Below, in pieces: positions 49,901 through 58,894 of a DNA stretch of 64,000 nucleotides. This DNA comes from Bacteroidota bacterium (lineage in GTDB: Bacteria > Bacteroidota > Ignavibacteria > UBA10030 > UBA8401). Below the pieces are notes generated by a model, which saw only the letters and a program-made list of their open reading frames with translations, was not told the DNA's origin and ran no database searches. Location of the stretch: assembly GCA_021796215.1 (NCBI GenBank), contig JAJYOK010000004.1:30217-94216 (forward strand), given 5' to 3'. The first letter of the stretch is position 1; every line of letters starts with the position of its first letter. Both the position numbers and the translations under genes were made by a program.

Positions 49901-50091
49901 GCCGCCGCAGTGAAATTTGCAAGATACTCGCCCCCCTGGCTGAAGTAAATATCGAAATGATTGGTTTGAATATAGTACCAATGGAAATTTTTGTATTGGA
50001 CTTTATTCTTTCCGAACTCTGTATCCTGTGACATTGCCGTCACAGCGCAAAGCGCAAGCAGCGCCGCAATACACCACTGACGAATGTTCAT
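46927..50091 (-). CDS. Outer-membrane Omp85-family barrel protein with N-terminal HExxH...NEG metallopeptidase-like domain and PD40 (TolB-like) beta-propeller repeats
   Basis: The start is taken at MNIRQWCIAALLALCAVTAMSQ (signal peptide, ATG at 50091). The track ORF extends to 50151. HHELVHAVV...WFNEGLAEY is a gluzincin-like motif. Repeated SPDGKKIA/SPDGKTIYF/SPDGKKMLY match the PD40 motif. The C-terminus ...GTGFGMRIILFGLPLRFDVAWSY...ISLGEDF matches the Omp85/bacterial-surface-antigen barrel, with a terminal Phe. Confidence 0.55.
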   Translation of the reverse strand: MNIRQWCIAALLALCAVTAMSQDTEFGKNKVQYKNFHWYYIQTNHFDIYFSQGGEYLANFTAAAAESAYTMISNDFRYQINNRISIMVYNSHNDFQQTNVVSEYLEEGIGGVTELFKNRMVIPFEGSFRQFRHVIHHELVHAVVNDMFYGGSIQSMISNNIRLQLPMWFNEGLAEYESLKWDTNSDMFMRDATIHTYLVPIDYLNGYFAYRGGQSVWYYIANKYGEQKIGEILNRIKGTRSVEQGFKSTLGLSIEELNQRWQKELKVTYWPDIAKRDDPADFATRLTNHYKDGNFYNTSPAISPQGDKIAFISDRDEYFDVYIMSTIDNKVTKIVDGQQTKNFEELHLLTPGISWSPDGKKIALAVKSGDQDAIFIVDVASGDKEKLEFGLDGIFSVNWSHQGDKLAFIGDKDQNSDVYVYDMTTKTLTNLTDDVFSDADPVWSPDGKTIYFSSDRGDHLSLQSRPPDFRMEHYDYSQLDLYAINAETKEIQRITDYPHSDETSPALSPDGKKMLYISDRNGINNIYERNLVTGDDWPITNSIAGVYQLSVSADGNKLTFSALDHAGFDIFVMKMPFEKKLAVASLEPTEFMKNLIAEESPSVAAADSTAAKKDTSSIAVANRSAADTSGVYGKNVHIDFGTYVFADEAKKEKEKKLDQFGSLDDKKFSLTDNVDENGNYKVNKYKLDFTPDIVYGNAGYSTFYGVEGTTMMAFSDMLGDHQIYFLTNLMLDLKNSDYLFAYYYLPKRIDYGIQGFHSARFLYMNDYNPQVMSTALYRFQTWGIGGSASYPFDRFNRMDFELMWLNLSMENLDFNFEPAQQRSLIIPQVSYIHDNTLWGYTAPNNGKRYNISGMFSPSLGANSLNFQTFTLDYRTYLSFWRDYDFVARWSGGLSMGANPQHFFIGGTDGWLNREFENGTIPIQSVADYAFLTPALPLRGFNYNAQNGTKFALMNYELRFPLIQYLVTGGVPLAFQNITGVAFLDVGSAWTNTGTWQGLAKSSSGGTVTKDLLVGTGFGMRIILFGLPLRFDVAWSYNVAGFSIPKYYISLGEDF

Positions 50092-50174
50092 ACGTCCTTC
50101 CCTCTTGACACACAGAATGTAATCATCACCTGTTACCTTGTTACACTTCAACGCACAGACAATTTAAAAAGTGC

Positions 50175-52379
50175 CTATGCGTGTTTATGGTTTTTTTTTC
50201 TTTTTTTCGTTGTTTTTAGTGCAGTTTTCATTTTTTTTGATACTGCTTCGGACACATAGGCGAAATCAATTTCACGGTTTTCGACATCTACGCGAGCAAC
50301 CTTTACTCTGATAGCATCACCCAGCCGAAATGTGCGCCCGTGGCGCTGCCCGACAAGCGAATACTGTTTCTCATTGTGGACGTAATAATCGTCGTCAATA
50401 TTGCGAACGTGAAGCATTCCTTCCACGAGCAAATCATTGATTTCAATAAAGATTCCAAAATGAGTGACGCCGGAAATAATTCCATCGAACTCGTCGCCCA
50501 TGTGCTGCTTCATGTATTCCGCCTGCATGACCTTGATCGAAGCACGCTCGGCTTCCATTGCAACGCGCTCGCGCTCCGACGACCAACGGCACATTTCCGG
50601 CAGGCGCGATGTATAATGTTTGCGCTGTGCTTGTGTCATGCCGTGCGCATATTCTTCAAGCAATCTGTGCACGATCAGATCGGGATAGCGACGGATCGGC
50701 GAAGTGAAATGCGTGTAGTAGTCGAATCCCAAACCGTAATGCCCGATGTTCTTTTCAGAATATACCGCTTTTGCCATCGAACGCAAAGCAACTTCGGTAA
50801 TCACATTTTCGTCCGGCGTTCCCTTCACATCGTTCAGCAATTTCTGCAAAGCTTTAGACGAAACAGACGATGTCACGTTTAATGTGTAGCCGAATTTCTG
50901 CACAAACAACGAAAGTTCGCGCAATTTCTCCGTGTCAGGCGCATCGTGAATACGATACACAAACGGAGAAATACCTGCTCCGTTTTTCGGCAGCCCGATA
51001 TGTTTCGCCACGGTTTGATTTGCCATCAGCATACACTCTTCCACAAGCTGGTGGCTTTTCAACCGCTCTTTGATAAGCACTTCGACCGGTTTCCCGGATT
51101 TATCATAACGGAATTTCGCTTCTCGCGTATCGAAGTCAACACTGCCGCTTTTCATTCTTTTTTCACGAAGCGTTGCAGCAAGAGTCCACAACTTAGTAAG
51201 CTCGCGGACAAAATCTCCTTCTCCGCTGTCAAGAATTTTTTCCACCTCTTCATATGTAAACCGCCGTTTTGAATTGATCACACTTTTTACGATCGAATAA
51301 GCGGCGACTTTTCCTTTCACAGAAATATCCATGAAACAGGTGTACGCAAACCGGTCAACGTGCGGATTGAGGCTGCACAAATTGTTCGACAGCTTTTCCG
51401 GCAGCATCGGCACAACTTGGTTCGCCAGATACACACTCGTGCCGCGCTTGTATGCTTCTGCATCCAGCGGCGTATTCTCTTTCACGTACGCACTGACATC
51501 AGCAATATGAACTCCGAGCCGAAATGTCTCGCTGTTGAGTTGTTCGATAGAAATTGCATCGTCAAAATCTTTTGCATCCACTGGATCAATCGTAAGACAT
51601 GTGAGCGATCGAAGGTCAGTACGGCGCGCAATTTCTTCTTCGGGAAGTGTGTCGGGAATGCCCCGCACGTATTCCTCAACATCACGCGGAAAACTTGTCG
51701 GAAGATGGAATGCCTTGATCACTGATTTGATCTCTGCGCTCACTTCGCCGGCACGTCCGATAATCTCGACGATTGATCCTTCCGGATTCAGAAGGTCAGA
51801 TTCCCACGATTCGAATTTCACAACCACTTTGTCGCCGGGCTGCGCCCCGTTGATTTTATCCTGCGGAATGTAAATATCGCGCGGCACCGTATTGTCATCG
51901 GGAATAACGAAAAAGAAGCTTTTGCTTTGTTCCAGCGTGCCGACAATTTCGGAATTCGCCCGCTGCAAGACCGCGATAATTTCTCCTTCGCGGCGTTCCT
52001 CATAATTTTTCTGATGCTTTTTGTGTGCGGCAAAGAGCGCGACCTCAACAGTATCGCCGTTCATCCCCGTGCTGAGAAATTTCGGCCCGATGTAAATTTC
52101 CTCTCGCGGATGTTCACCGACCTTAACAATGCCGTGTCCCTGTTTGTAGATTGTGAGTGTTCCTTCAATGCCGTGTGCCGGCGACCGGCGCGCATATCCT
52201 TTGCCGCGCGTATGCGACAATGTTTTCTCATCTACCATCCCGTGCAGGACGGTGCGCAGCTCTTGGAATGCTTCTTCATCACGGATACCGAGCCGCCGTG
52301 CCACTTGCCGGGACTTCAATGCTGTATTCGGGTGCTGATCAAAAAATTCAACCACACTGCGTTTAATTGTTTCGCTCAT
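50175..52379 (-). CDS. rnr: Ribonuclease R
   Basis: 734 aa with N-terminal HTH/cold-shock-like regions, an RNB catalytic domain, a C-terminal S1 domain and a basic tail (KKRKKNHKHA). Confidence 0.9.
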   Translation of the reverse strand: MSETIKRSVVEFFDQHPNTALKSRQVARRLGIRDEEAFQELRTVLHGMVDEKTLSHTRGKGYARRSPAHGIEGTLTIYKQGHGIVKVGEHPREEIYIGPKFLSTGMNGDTVEVALFAAHKKHQKNYEERREGEIIAVLQRANSEIVGTLEQSKSFFFVIPDDNTVPRDIYIPQDKINGAQPGDKVVVKFESWESDLLNPEGSIVEIIGRAGEVSAEIKSVIKAFHLPTSFPRDVEEYVRGIPDTLPEEEIARRTDLRSLTCLTIDPVDAKDFDDAISIEQLNSETFRLGVHIADVSAYVKENTPLDAEAYKRGTSVYLANQVVPMLPEKLSNNLCSLNPHVDRFAYTCFMDISVKGKVAAYSIVKSVINSKRRFTYEEVEKILDSGEGDFVRELTKLWTLAATLREKRMKSGSVDFDTREAKFRYDKSGKPVEVLIKERLKSHQLVEECMLMANQTVAKHIGLPKNGAGISPFVYRIHDAPDTEKLRELSLFVQKFGYTLNVTSSVSSKALQKLLNDVKGTPDENVITEVALRSMAKAVYSEKNIGHYGLGFDYYTHFTSPIRRYPDLIVHRLLEEYAHGMTQAQRKHYTSRLPEMCRWSSERERVAMEAERASIKVMQAEYMKQHMGDEFDGIISGVTHFGIFIEINDLLVEGMLHVRNIDDDYYVHNEKQYSLVGQRHGRTFRLGDAIRVKVARVDVENREIDFAYVSEAVSKKMKTALKTTKKRKKNHKHA

Positions 52380-52395
52380 AAATATCTTTCACTGG

Positions 52396-55300
52396 TTAAA
52401 AAACAATTCGGTAGTACAAGCGAATGCCGCTTGTCGGACGGCGCGGGTCGCTCGGTTCTACCGATTCAACTTTTCGGTTCACTTCAAGCATGAGATTGCG
52501 AAGATTCTGGTCGCCGGTGACCGAACTCAGCGGCAATTGCACGCTGACATTTGCATTATTGATGTCATTGAATACTCTTCCTCCAAACGACCAGTACGCA
52601 TCAGCAACCTCGCCGCTGAGCCGCAAATCTGTCGCTGCACCAACTGAACGGACTTCGGCGCTCGAAACGAACGAGATATTGTTTGAGCGCATAAAATCCA
52701 TCAACACGCCGGACAACATTGTATTGGCAAAACCGGAAACCACGGAATACCCGATCGCACCGCCAACACCAAGATTGTTTGCGATGCCTTGCTTATCGTT
52801 CGACGTCAAATCGTCGCGGAATTTGCCCGGCGTTCCTGCCGATGAAGTGAGAAGAAATGCAATTGCATCGGCTTCCACGTCGCCCGTCCGTTCCGTTTCG
52901 ATATTGTTATTATCAATCGTCGAAAGCCCGATTTTGACTTTCGGCTCATAGCGCGTTCCGGAAATTGTCAGCGAGACGACTACTTTTTCCGTCGTTGAAT
53001 CGTTCACCAAATGTGTTCCGGTATATTGTGCACTGATGTCCAGCTTCGGATTATCCGGCTTCCCGGTAAATATCAAACTTCCGCTTGCATCAAACTGCTT
53101 ATAGAATTTATAATTTGACCGGTCGGAAACATTGATTGTTCCCGTTAGGCGGACATCGCCTCCTTCTTTGCTCAGGTTCAGCTTACCATTCAAATCGGCG
53201 AACAATTCTTCGTTTGTTGCGGCATTAAAAATCATTGTAATCTGTACAACGCCTTGTGTTTGAATGGTGAGATCATATCCGAGTCCGTCAAGAAATGAAG
53301 CTTCGGCAATATTGTGTTCCGCATTTTTTTGCCGGGCAAACGCTTGCAGACTTTGTTGAAGCAAAGTATCAACATGCCGCTTCGAAGTATCGTCAACAAC
53401 CGTCACCTTGACAAATCGTGAAGACGCTGACGTTAATGATTGCCGTGTCGGCGGGAACACAAGCTGCGCTTGTTTCACATAAATCGTTCCGGTCACATTT
53501 GATCGTGCATAATTACCTTCGAACCTGATGCCGTCATCACCGGTTGCAGCAACAAGATCGCCGTACACAGATTGCGTTGCAGTGCGTGATGCTTTCTGCA
53601 GCACCATCAATTCTCCTTTTGCAAGAAGATGATAGACCGATGGCACAAATCCATGCAGCATGACGGAACCATCGAGTGTGACTTTGCCATTGGGCCAATC
53701 GTTGCTTGTATTTGCAATTGTGAACTGCGAAAAAGAAATTGTGCTGTCGCGAAATTGAATGGTGCCGTTGGTTTTGTATACGATATTATTCGACATCATT
53801 CTGAACGCTCCGTCGTGAAGCTCGGCCGAGCCGCCGAAGATAGGCGAGGCAAGTGAGCCGTTGCAAAAAACGGTTCCTGTCATTTTACCGTTCACATCTT
53901 CAACACCCGGAAGGAAAGGACTCAGAATGCTCAGTTGAAAATCATTTGCGGCGAAGCTAAGATTTAGTCCCGGCAAATCAAAGCGATGATCTGTCGCAGT
54001 GAACGAAAGATCAACCGGCATCATTCCGGTAAACAGCAGCTGGCTTTGGCTTCCATTTTGCTGTTCGCGATACAGCGCAACTTGAACGGCTGCTTGTTTA
54101 TCGTGATAGAAAACACCGGCATCAATTGTTCCAAAATAAGATTCGCGAAAGGTGACATCACCGGCAACCATGTGTGCACGGATAACTGGCTCCTGCGTTG
54201 TTCCGGAAATTGAGCATTCAGCCTGCACTGTACCTCCAAACGCCAGCGCATTTGATTGAAAATTCTGTGAACTGCTGCCATAGTACATATCGCTTGGCGA
54301 AAAATTCTGAAGATTCATAAACCCTTTGATGTCTCCCTTAAAGCCGAGTTCACCGCCAAGACTCAGTTGTTCATCCTGATGAACGAACATGACAGAATCA
54401 AGCTGAATACCGCTCGGTGTAATTTTCGCTGTCACCGGCACCGTGTTATTCAACTCGTATCCTCGATAGCGAAGCGAACAATGATCGAAACGAAGATGAT
54501 ACGCCGATGGCTGCACTTCAATGCGTCCATCCACACCGACGCCGAGCGTTGTATCAAGCGAGCCTGAAATAGAATATCGCCCGATGCGATTGCGGTACAC
54601 GTAATCTACTGACGCCTTTTTGAATTGTGTCTCGTTGATAAAAATACTACCAGCAGAAGCTTTGACTGTAACAGAAGGACCATCCCGGAGCGAAAGCAAA
54701 CTGTCCGGACGTAAATTGCTCAAACGATATGCCACACTGCCGTTTTCCACCAGCACAAATCCCTGCGAAAGAGGATAACGCCCCGAGCGAACTGAAACAG
54801 TACCTTCAGTGAAAAGAGTATCCACCGTTCCTTCAAGCACACCTTCCACTGAACCGGCCATCGTGAATCCATTTTCACCAAACAAATAGGCAACCGGTTC
54901 AATGTTTTTCACCTGAAGTAAATAATGAACACGCTGAACGGGTTGAACAGATTCATAACGCATAGCGGATAAATTTTTCTGCAATGTATCTATAGAAAGA
55001 TGTGCTGCCGCCGTTGAATCGAAAATTGCGCGTTGGACAAGAAATGTTTTCGAAAAACCATGCTCTTGCACCGCAATGATATCCGCGATGTTCTTGTACG
55101 AAAACAAGCCGTTGATAGAAAGGTCCGCGACAGGAGAGTGCACCTCAATCAACTTTTGATGAAGTGAATCCTGCGCAATTTTTACTGTCGCCCGCCCTCC
55201 TTCAAACATACGCGTTCCAAAACGCGAGCGGTCAAATTGCAGCCACACATCGGCGTTCGTTTCTTCGAGGGATAGATTTTTCCCTTGTATGCCGAACGTT

Positions 55301-56925
55301 AATGAACAATCGGAACTGAATTGTTCTTCTTTTAGAAAAGGTGAAAAATCAAAATGAGTCAGACCGCCGCTGAATGTGTAGCGTGTTCCATCTGCCGCAT
55401 GGAAATCCATCATTCCGTTGAAAGACGCCGATCCGTGTGTTGATGTAAAAGCTGCTTCTGTCCGGATAACTTTCTTCAATGCCGAAATAGTCATTGCCGC
55501 ATGATGTACTTCAACGGAATGAATGAGCGAGGAATCCACCTGTACCGACGCTGTCGAGTTCAAATCTTCGATAGATGTTCCTTCGCCGTGAATTGATGCC
55601 GCAAAATTCATTCGCGAATTAAGAAAAGCCTCGGGAAAAAACCGGGCAAGATCAATAGCATGTCCGTTGGCAGTTGCTTCATATTTCATCACGGCGCCGG
55701 TAAGATTCATTGAGGCATCCGCAGTAAAGACACCTCCGGCAGTATTTGTCTGTACCGTCGCCTGAAAATCGAGAGGCTTTCCAATGTAATGAAAATCGAG
55801 CTTCACCTCGCCGAGATCCGGGAACGCAGGAATATGAAAGAACGGCAACAGGTCGGGAACATCCTGCGGTTGAACCACCGACCCTTTCGATTCAATATTC
55901 ATTGTAAGGTCTGCCGGACGATGAAGGTTCGATAACGTGCCGGAAAGAATTATTGTTGAGCGGCGCGTGGTCGCATCCAATTCTTTGATCTGCAGGTTGC
56001 CGAACTCGCCGTCAATGTGCGCGTTGAGATTAACGGAGCCGCGCAAAAAATTGAGCGATGGAAGAAATCGCTGAAGGTCTTCGGCGGCAACAGTGCTTGA
56101 AGTAACTTTGACAGACACCGGAACCGTACGCAGCGCGGCAAGATCGGGAATCTTAAAAACATCCACCGCGTGCATTGTGGCTGAGACTTCAACGTGCGAT
56201 TGCGGCGTGAGGATAACAAGATTTGTCACTTCAGCGCCTTGCCGGAAATGATGAATATGAGCCGCAAGGTGATTCAGTTTCAATCCGTTGTCCGGCGATT
56301 CAAACGAGATATTATTAATTGTAATATCCTGTTCCCGTTCTGAAATAACGCCCTTCAAATCAATCGCAATACGTTGTACATCAAGATCCGAGAAATCAAC
56401 TGTGCGGCGTGCAATGGAATCGGGCAGCCCTCGGTTTCCTTCTGCTGTTGAATCTATCATCCGAAAACGAGCGTCGTTAATTTTCAAATTTTTCACAGAA
56501 ACGACCCACGGTGACGGTGTGGTATCCGGCACAGATTTACTCTTTGCAAGATGGTCAACATTCCAGCTTCCGTCGGGGTATCGAATCAGCGTTACGGAAA
56601 GATAATTCAGCGAAACCCCGCCGAGAGAAATTCGCTTATTCCACGCGGCAAGCGGATCGTACCGAACAACAATCTTTCCGCTTTCAACAAAAGGATGATC
56701 ATCAACATACATGATGAGCGTATCCATTGAAAATCCCGTCACGAGATTCCCATGAATCTGACCAAGATACACACGTGCGTTGAGATTATTCTGCAGAAGA
56801 GTATAGAGTGTTGAACGGAGAGTTTCCTTAAATGTTCTGGTCTGGGAAAAGAGCGCTACAACAACAAGCAGTGTTACGATAGATGCGCCGATGTACAGCA
56901 ATATTTTTGAAACTTTTCGCGTCAT
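52396..56925 (-). CDS. tamB: Translocation and assembly module protein TamB (AsmA-like, DUF490 C-terminus)
   Basis: 1509 aa with a single N-terminal TM anchor (ILLYIGASIVTLLVVVALF). The body is long and beta-rich. The C-terminus ...LMLEVNRKVESVEPSD..SGIRLYYRIVF is typical of the TamB/DUF490 family. Confidence 0.7.
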   Translation of the reverse strand: MTRKVSKILLYIGASIVTLLVVVALFSQTRTFKETLRSTLYTLLQNNLNARVYLGQIHGNLVTGFSMDTLIMYVDDHPFVESGKIVVRYDPLAAWNKRISLGGVSLNYLSVTLIRYPDGSWNVDHLAKSKSVPDTTPSPWVVSVKNLKINDARFRMIDSTAEGNRGLPDSIARRTVDFSDLDVQRIAIDLKGVISEREQDITINNISFESPDNGLKLNHLAAHIHHFRQGAEVTNLVILTPQSHVEVSATMHAVDVFKIPDLAALRTVPVSVKVTSSTVAAEDLQRFLPSLNFLRGSVNLNAHIDGEFGNLQIKELDATTRRSTIILSGTLSNLHRPADLTMNIESKGSVVQPQDVPDLLPFFHIPAFPDLGEVKLDFHYIGKPLDFQATVQTNTAGGVFTADASMNLTGAVMKYEATANGHAIDLARFFPEAFLNSRMNFAASIHGEGTSIEDLNSTASVQVDSSLIHSVEVHHAAMTISALKKVIRTEAAFTSTHGSASFNGMMDFHAADGTRYTFSGGLTHFDFSPFLKEEQFSSDCSLTFGIQGKNLSLEETNADVWLQFDRSRFGTRMFEGGRATVKIAQDSLHQKLIEVHSPVADLSINGLFSYKNIADIIAVQEHGFSKTFLVQRAIFDSTAAAHLSIDTLQKNLSAMRYESVQPVQRVHYLLQVKNIEPVAYLFGENGFTMAGSVEGVLEGTVDTLFTEGTVSVRSGRYPLSQGFVLVENGSVAYRLSNLRPDSLLSLRDGPSVTVKASAGSIFINETQFKKASVDYVYRNRIGRYSISGSLDTTLGVGVDGRIEVQPSAYHLRFDHCSLRYRGYELNNTVPVTAKITPSGIQLDSVMFVHQDEQLSLGGELGFKGDIKGFMNLQNFSPSDMYYGSSSQNFQSNALAFGGTVQAECSISGTTQEPVIRAHMVAGDVTFRESYFGTIDAGVFYHDKQAAVQVALYREQQNGSQSQLLFTGMMPVDLSFTATDHRFDLPGLNLSFAANDFQLSILSPFLPGVEDVNGKMTGTVFCNGSLASPIFGGSAELHDGAFRMMSNNIVYKTNGTIQFRDSTISFSQFTIANTSNDWPNGKVTLDGSVMLHGFVPSVYHLLAKGELMVLQKASRTATQSVYGDLVAATGDDGIRFEGNYARSNVTGTIYVKQAQLVFPPTRQSLTSASSRFVKVTVVDDTSKRHVDTLLQQSLQAFARQKNAEHNIAEASFLDGLGYDLTIQTQGVVQITMIFNAATNEELFADLNGKLNLSKEGGDVRLTGTINVSDRSNYKFYKQFDASGSLIFTGKPDNPKLDISAQYTGTHLVNDSTTEKVVVSLTISGTRYEPKVKIGLSTIDNNNIETERTGDVEADAIAFLLTSSAGTPGKFRDDLTSNDKQGIANNLGVGGAIGYSVVSGFANTMLSGVLMDFMRSNNISFVSSAEVRSVGAATDLRLSGEVADAYWSFGGRVFNDINNANVSVQLPLSSVTGDQNLRNLMLEVNRKVESVEPSDPRRPTSGIRLYYRIVF

Positions 56926-57417
56926 TCATGCCTTCAATGACTCTGCGTACCGCGCTTTGATCACATCTATGATATTCGTTGTCGAACGATTTGGAAGAAA
57001 CGGTATTGTCAACACAGTACCTCCGGCGGCTTCGACCACATCTTTTCCCACAACATTGTTCACATTCCAATCAGCGCCCTTCACCAGCACGTCCGGCACG
57101 ATTGCAGAAATGATTTCGAACGGCGTCTCTTGTCCGAAGATGCAGACTGCATCCACCGGCACGAGCTGCGAAACAAGATATGCGCGGTCATCTTCCGGAA
57201 CGATGGGGCGAAGCGGCCCTTTAATCCGTCGCACCGATTCATCGCTGTTGATGCCGACAATTAACACGTCGCCAAGACGTTTTGCGGCGGCAAGATATTC
57301 AACGTGTCCGCGATGAAGAATATCAAACACGCCGTTCGTAAAAACTACTTTTTTCTTTTCATCTTTCCATCTTTTGCGCGCACGCAGGAGATCGGAAAGA
57401 ATGTACGTCTTATCCAT
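56926..57417 (-). CDS. hldC: D-glycero-beta-D-manno-heptose 1-phosphate adenylyltransferase (HldE domain II as a stand-alone protein)
   Basis: 163 aa. VVFTNGVFDILHRGHVEYL carries the cytidylyltransferase HxGH motif, and the size is RfaE2-like. Confidence 0.8.
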   Translation of the reverse strand: MDKTYILSDLLRARKRWKDEKKKVVFTNGVFDILHRGHVEYLAAAKRLGDVLIVGINSDESVRRIKGPLRPIVPEDDRAYLVSQLVPVDAVCIFGQETPFEIISAIVPDVLVKGADWNVNNVVGKDVVEAAGGTVLTIPFLPNRSTTNIIDVIKARYAESLKA

Positions 57418-57558
57418 AACTTATAAAATTCTAAATCCGAACATCGGATCTCAAACAAACCAAAAATTCTAATTTACAAAACGTTTCTTTTTGAACCTTT
57501 GGTATTTGTGCTTTGGCATTGTTTCGAAATTAGAAATTAGCGCTCCGTGTTTTTTTTC

Positions 57559-58554
57559 TTACGGATCAACAAGAATTGCCGTCTTCAGCGCTAAAGGCTC
57601 AATCGGCACGATACCGACTTCACCACAGACAACGCCCGCGGCATGATTGGCAAGCTCGGCCGCTTCGCGAATCGAAACGCCGCTCGCCAATGCCATTGTC
57701 AATGTTGCAATAACGGTATCGCCCGCGCCGGAAACATCCGCTACTTTACGTGCCTGCGTCGGAATATGTGTTACACTGGAATCTGCTTCGATGAGTGTCA
57801 TCCCGTTTTCTCCGCGCGTCAGCAAAATGGTTTCCGCGTTCAGCCTCTGGAGAACTTCTTTTCCTGCCGCAACAAGTTCTTCCTCCGTTACAAGCTTTTT
57901 ACCCAGCGCCTCTTCCAGCTCTTTCTTGTTCGGCTTAAAGACAGAAACATTTTTATACTCGAAAAAATTGTTGAACTTCGGATCAACGGCAATAATCGTT
58001 CGATTCTCTTTCGCGCTTTTCACAACCCGATGAATCAGCGGCTTCGCCACAACGCCTTTATTGTAATCTTCAATAATGATACCGTCGAGCGAACCGGCAT
58101 GTTCCCTCACAATTGAAAATATCTTCTCACGAACGGCAGTTGAAATTTCTTTTTTTCGTTCGTGATCAATTCTCACCACATGCTGGCTATGCGCAATCAC
58201 CCGCGTTTTTACCGTTGTCGGGCGTGACTCATCCACCACCAAGCCTGCGGTTGAACAATGCTCATGCTCCAAAATTTCCCCGATACGCTTCCCGTTGAGA
58301 TCGTTGCCAATAACGCCGATCAATAACGGGCTGCCGCCAAGCGATTGTATATTATGTGCAACGTTCGCCGCACCGCCCAAGCGCTCGGTTTCACTCTCAA
58401 CTTCGACAACGGGAACGGGAGCTTCAGGAGAAATACGCCCGACGCTTCCCCACACGTATTTGTCGAGCATCAGGTCCCCAATTACGGCAATTCGTTTATT
58501 CTTAAAACGCTGAAGAATATCGTTGAGTTTCGATTCGGAGAAAGAAGATGACAC
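57559..58554 (-). CDS. hldA: D-glycero-beta-D-manno-heptose-7-phosphate kinase (HldE domain I, PfkB family)
   Basis: Ribokinase-like motifs are present: RIAVIGDLMLDKYVWG, GGAANVA and DVSGAGDTVIA (anion hole). I take the GTG start at 58554 (AGGA 7 nt upstream). The track ORF (start 58893) adds 113 non-homologous residues. Confidence 0.75.
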   Translation of the reverse strand: MSSSFSESKLNDILQRFKNKRIAVIGDLMLDKYVWGSVGRISPEAPVPVVEVESETERLGGAANVAHNIQSLGGSPLLIGVIGNDLNGKRIGEILEHEHCSTAGLVVDESRPTTVKTRVIAHSQHVVRIDHERKKEISTAVREKIFSIVREHAGSLDGIIIEDYNKGVVAKPLIHRVVKSAKENRTIIAVDPKFNNFFEYKNVSVFKPNKKELEEALGKKLVTEEELVAAGKEVLQRLNAETILLTRGENGMTLIEADSSVTHIPTQARKVADVSGAGDTVIATLTMALASGVSIREAAELANHAAGVVCGEVGIVPIEPLALKTAILVDP

Positions 58555-58894
58555 GCGGAATCCTGTAAAGTTCTGGCATTTATTGAAAATATAGGTATTT
58601 GCACTGCGACAAGCAAGAAATGCGGCGGTACACGTACCGCCGTTTGAACTCCGTCCATTTTTCTGTATCTTTTTCCATTCCGCCAAAAGATGAGGCTCCA
58701 AAGAAGCTCTATTCGAACACGGCGGATTTTCAACCTTGCTGAATCCGCCGCAGGCGGCTCCGGCAGGGGTAGGTGCGTTTGCACAGATGATGTCTGACGG
58801 CGCTTTCCTGCCATCTGACATCTCCGGTCGAAAAAACGTCAGACAGCACTGAACGCTGTCAGATGTTTTCAAAAACGGTACTGAAATCAACATT

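Noticed and set aside
58555-58893. 113-aa N-terminal extension of the heptose kinase ORF
   Set aside because: The extension is Cys/Ser-rich, has no PfkB homology and would overlap the mfd promoter region. A GTG with an AGGA SD at 58554 gives a canonical ~330-aa kinase.
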